From contig NC_091469.1 of assembly GCF_036971445.1 (NCBI RefSeq), positions 8,742,001 to 8,806,000 of the forward strand: a stretch of DNA of 64,000 nt. The letters run 5' to 3'. Each line of letters begins with the position of its first letter. The first letter of the stretch is position 1. A program made the position numbers and the translations under genes. Under the pieces are notes generated by a model. It was given only the letters and a program-made list of their open reading frames with translations. It was not told the origin of the DNA and searched no databases. Positions 60,421-64,000 of this stretch are shown here, piece after piece. The stretch is from Narcine bancroftii. Its lineage: Eukaryota.

Positions 60421-61664
60421 TCTAACCTAACCAGCATGTGACCCTCCATCCAGACCACATTCTTTCTTTGGATTAACTCTCCTGAAGGCAGCCCACATGG
60501 TATCCTTGGATACTGACAATGGAGAATCATCAGGGGACATGGGGGTGCACCATGGATCGTCCTTGTTCTGGTGGTCAAATAAGGAACAGAAGGTATTGAG
60601 CTCATCTGGGAGTGAAACTTTGATGTCTCCCACTGCACTGGATTTGGTTTTGCAGCAGGTTATGTCATTTAGGTCCTGTCACAGCTGTTGGATATCCTTC
60701 GTGGTTTTGAATTTCATCCGGAAACTTCAATGCACAGGAGATGGCTTTTCATAGGTCACATCTGCTCTTTATGTAGTGTTCTGAATCTTTGGATGTAAAT
60801 GCCTGTGATCTGGTTCTCAGCAGGTTCCAGATTTCATTGTTCATGCAGAGCTTCTCATAAGGGAAATCCTTAAACGATTTGATGGGGACACACTTGTCCA
60901 CAGCTGTTTCGATAAAATCTGCAACAGCCCTGATGTAATAATTCAGATCCTCAACTGAATCCTTGAACACTGCCTAATCCATTGATTTGAGGTAGTCCTG
61001 TAACCATTCTTCAGACTCCCCTGATCACCTTCTGGCTGTTATGACCTCTGGAGCCTCTCTTTTTAGGATCTATCTGTATGCAGGCAAAAGGAGCACAGCC
61101 ATATGATCCAACATGCCAAAATGTTGTCTTTGGAAAGAATGGCAGGCTTTCCTTATCTTAGTATGGCAGTGATCAAGTGTGCTGGGACTTCTGGTATACC
61201 AGGTTATGCGCTGGTGATTATTGGGCATGGTTTTCTTGAGACAGCCCTGGTTAAAGTAATTGACTATGATTTGTAGTGCATTGGGCCAGCTGGCCCTTGT
61301 TCACTGATCACATCATGCAATTCTGTGAGTGCCTACACCACCCCCTGCAATCACACACTGAATGCAGGATTCCAATAAACAGTCCAATGTTCTACACAAT
61401 AAAGACTGATGAGTATTTTTCATTTAAAAACTCAGCCATCTCCTGTGGCTTCACACAAATATGGCCCAGGAGATGGGACCAGTCCTCTCCATTGTTTTCC
61501 TTTTATTCTTAATGTACCTGAATGTTCTGTGACAAAGTGCTCCTGTAACTTGCTACTGAACACTGCATATATTTATTATGTACATTGGTATACAGCAAAG
61601 GTCAGTGCTGGGACTTTTATTTTACATGTAAAAGGCTTGGACTAGAAAGTCTGTGGTCTGGAAT

Positions 61665-62345
61665 TATAGGCAGCAAGGTGGCCTGAGGATACAGAGGGAG
61701 ATAGATCAGGTGGAAAGTTGGGAGAGCAGTGACAGATGGAATTTCATCCAGACTAGTGTGAGGGAATGCATTTTAAGTCATTTAATGCAAGCCAGGCAGA
61801 GACAGTAAGAGGCAGGGATCTTTAAAGGGTTGATGTGCAGGGAGACTTTAGAGTGCAAATTTATAACTCCCTGAAAATAGCGGTACAAATGGATAGACAT
61901 TTGGCTTGCTTGCTTTCATGGTTAGGGGTGTTGAGAAGAATACAGAACATTCTGTTCCAGCTGTACAAGATATTTGCCTGTCCACACTTTGATTATTCTG
62001 TGCAGTTTTGGTCTCCACTGCTTGAATGAGCAAAGGAAAAAGTTCACCAGGACGTTGCTTGGAATGGAAGGTGGTAGTCACAAGGTGAGATTGGTTAGGC
62101 TGGAATTAGTTCCCACCGGAACTCAAGAGTAAGTGAAGTCTAAAACGAGTGGATGCAAGTTCAAGATGAGAAGGGAAACATTTAAAGGAAATCTGAGAAG
62201 CAAATTCTTCACAAAAAGGGTGATGGCTACATGGAACAAGCTGCCAGAGGATGTGGTAGAAGTGGGGACAATTAATATGTTTATAAAGCTTTTGCACAAG
62301 TATGCAAACAGGAAAGGTTTAGAACAGGGTTGCCAGGCCAACTGC
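61665..62345 (+). mobile_element. CR1 RT 3' fragment
   Basis: PHFDYSVQFWSP; FFTKRVMATWNKLPEDVVE. Confidence 0.85.
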
Positions 62346-63037
62346 GGTCCATTGCCCATTTTTAAGTTGCCCAGCGTGAATTTTAAAAATAAAATGAATT
62401 ATGGCCTTAGAATATAGTCTCCAACAATAATTTTCACTGAATGTACATTGTACTTCTTGTGACCACACTAGACATCACTGCCATTTTGAATAGCTCAGCT
62501 GTTGGTTGCAACGTTACTCATCAAGGAAAACATTTACCTCAGTTAAAACAAAGTTCACCTTAGCTGATTAAACATGGTGGAATGGAAAAGGTGGAAAATA
62601 GCAAGGGATTGCCGAAAATTTCAGACATAGTGGGGAAAATGAGTACTTTTTCACAGAAGTCAAAGGGAAGTGTGTTTGTTTGATTTGTAAGCAATTTGAT
62701 AACGTTAATAGCCTATCTATACAGATATACACATTGCATCATATCATTAAGGTGGACACTTGGGTCATGAATTGCATTCATTGAGAATTGTGGAAGAATT
62801 TTGGAAGCTGGATTGTCCCTTTCTTGATCTTTTCTCCTGTTCTTATTTTGCACCCAGATTTTTATTTTGCACTGAGTTTTGAATGAGTTTTAAAGAGTTT
62901 TATTTAATTTAATTTAAATTAAATTTAAGAACAGGATATACAGAAATGCTGACTGAAACATGCGAGCACATCAACAGACTACTGCAATGACAACATTTAA
63001 ACTATTCAGTAGTCATAAAGATATTTTGAAAGAAAAG

Positions 63038-64000
63038 TGTAGCGTGATCAATAACCACAAGCAGACACAAAGCAAATGATTAAAGGTTTTAATATCCTGA
63101 ATTATCCAGCAAATAACTTCATGCTTCTGGCCCGGATTCAATACTGGTACTGATGGAGGAGACTTGGGCTATCAGCCTTTATTGGGAAACTACTGGGAGG
63201 AGTTACCAGGTCAGAGGCAGATGAGCCTGAGCAGTCCAGTGAGGTCCCCACCTGCACTATTGTGTTCCACCAAATTCACTCCTTCCTTTTAGATAAAGAC
63301 CAGTGGTGTGAAGTGGGACAGTGTCCATCATCTCCAGTCATGCAGTCAATACCAATTCACAGATTCAGTCGGTCCAATGGCTTTATCCACTGCTGTGATT
63401 GGTGCAGCACTGGTGGCATAGTCATCGACTCTCGTGGGCAGTGACCTCTCTGGTGACCTGAATGTCTGGAGGCTGAACTTTGGCAATGTGAACTGGTTCC
63501 AAGGAGGGTGGAAGCATCAGTTGTTCCTCTGGAAGTTGCAATGGTGGTGGGGAAGGGGGCTTGAGGGGTTGTGGTGGTGGTTTGGGTGCACCTCCCATGC
63601 TGGGGCTCCTGCTCAAGCCAGGTTCCAGACTGACACTATGTCTTCCCACCTGTCCGGGTACCATACATTGGCATACTGGGGTTTTGCATGCATGAGTTGT
63701 ACTTCTTCGACCACTGAGTCCCCCTTGTGAGTCCTAATGTGTCTGTGGAGTAGCACTGGCCCAGGGTTCATCAGCCAGACCAGCAGCATGGTTCCCAACG
63801 CCGACCTCCGAGGGAAGGAGAACAGTTTCTCGTACAGGGTGGCCTTCTGTACAGAGTAGGGACCTAGTGGCATGTAGGGCCTCTTGAAGGACCTCTTACC
63901 ACTGGGAGACAGGGATCCTTTTCGGTGAGTGCCAAGAGAATTGCCGTCCAGATTGTGCTGTTCTCCCTTTCCACCTGCCTGTTCCTGCAGGGGTTATAGC
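63038..64000 (-). mobile_element. Gypsy 3' end (integrase C-terminus, PPT, LTR at about 63038-63272), related to 3867-5545
   Basis: PGPVLLHRHIRTHKGDSVVEEVQLMHAKPQY, homologous to 4928-5090; minus-strand PPT aaaaggaaggag at about 63279-63290. Confidence 0.8.

Larger units (their letters stand above)
56410..61275 (-). mobile_element. Rex1/Babar LINE fragmented by CR1 insertions (pieces 56410-57060, 57736-58220, 60425-61275)
   Basis: LPDELNTF, RRVNPKK..G.DG, TCADQL..FTDIFNISL, TSIVMKCFERL, IIKDPHHP; agttca tail. Confidence 0.8.

Overview
Eukaryotic, repeat-saturated intronic or intergenic DNA (about 40% GC by eye, two N gaps). The repeat set is typical of a cartilaginous fish (shark, ray or skate); this is an inference. 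It includes vertebrate CR1 with an esterase ORF1, Penelope-like fragments, tRNA-derived V-SINE-like elements, Rex1/Babar, L1, Gypsy, RTE, and hAT and Tigger MITEs. I found no host protein-coding gene: every convincing ORF is a retroelement remnant. Highlights: (1) five separate 85-227 bp insertions that are near-identical copies of DNA lying 1.2-1.9 kb away (four inverted, one direct), each inside an older repeat, three of them in fold-back elements; (2) a young RTE family with one near-full-length copy and three TSD-flanked truncations, one with a twin-priming-type 5' inversion; (3) Penelope-derived palindromes with hammerhead-like cores; (4) a G-rich 105-bp minisatellite with a 315-bp higher-order repeat, fused to a broken L1; (5) a decayed tRNA-Glu(CTC) gene. 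All coordinates and identities were read by eye, and the boundaries of old elements are approximate.
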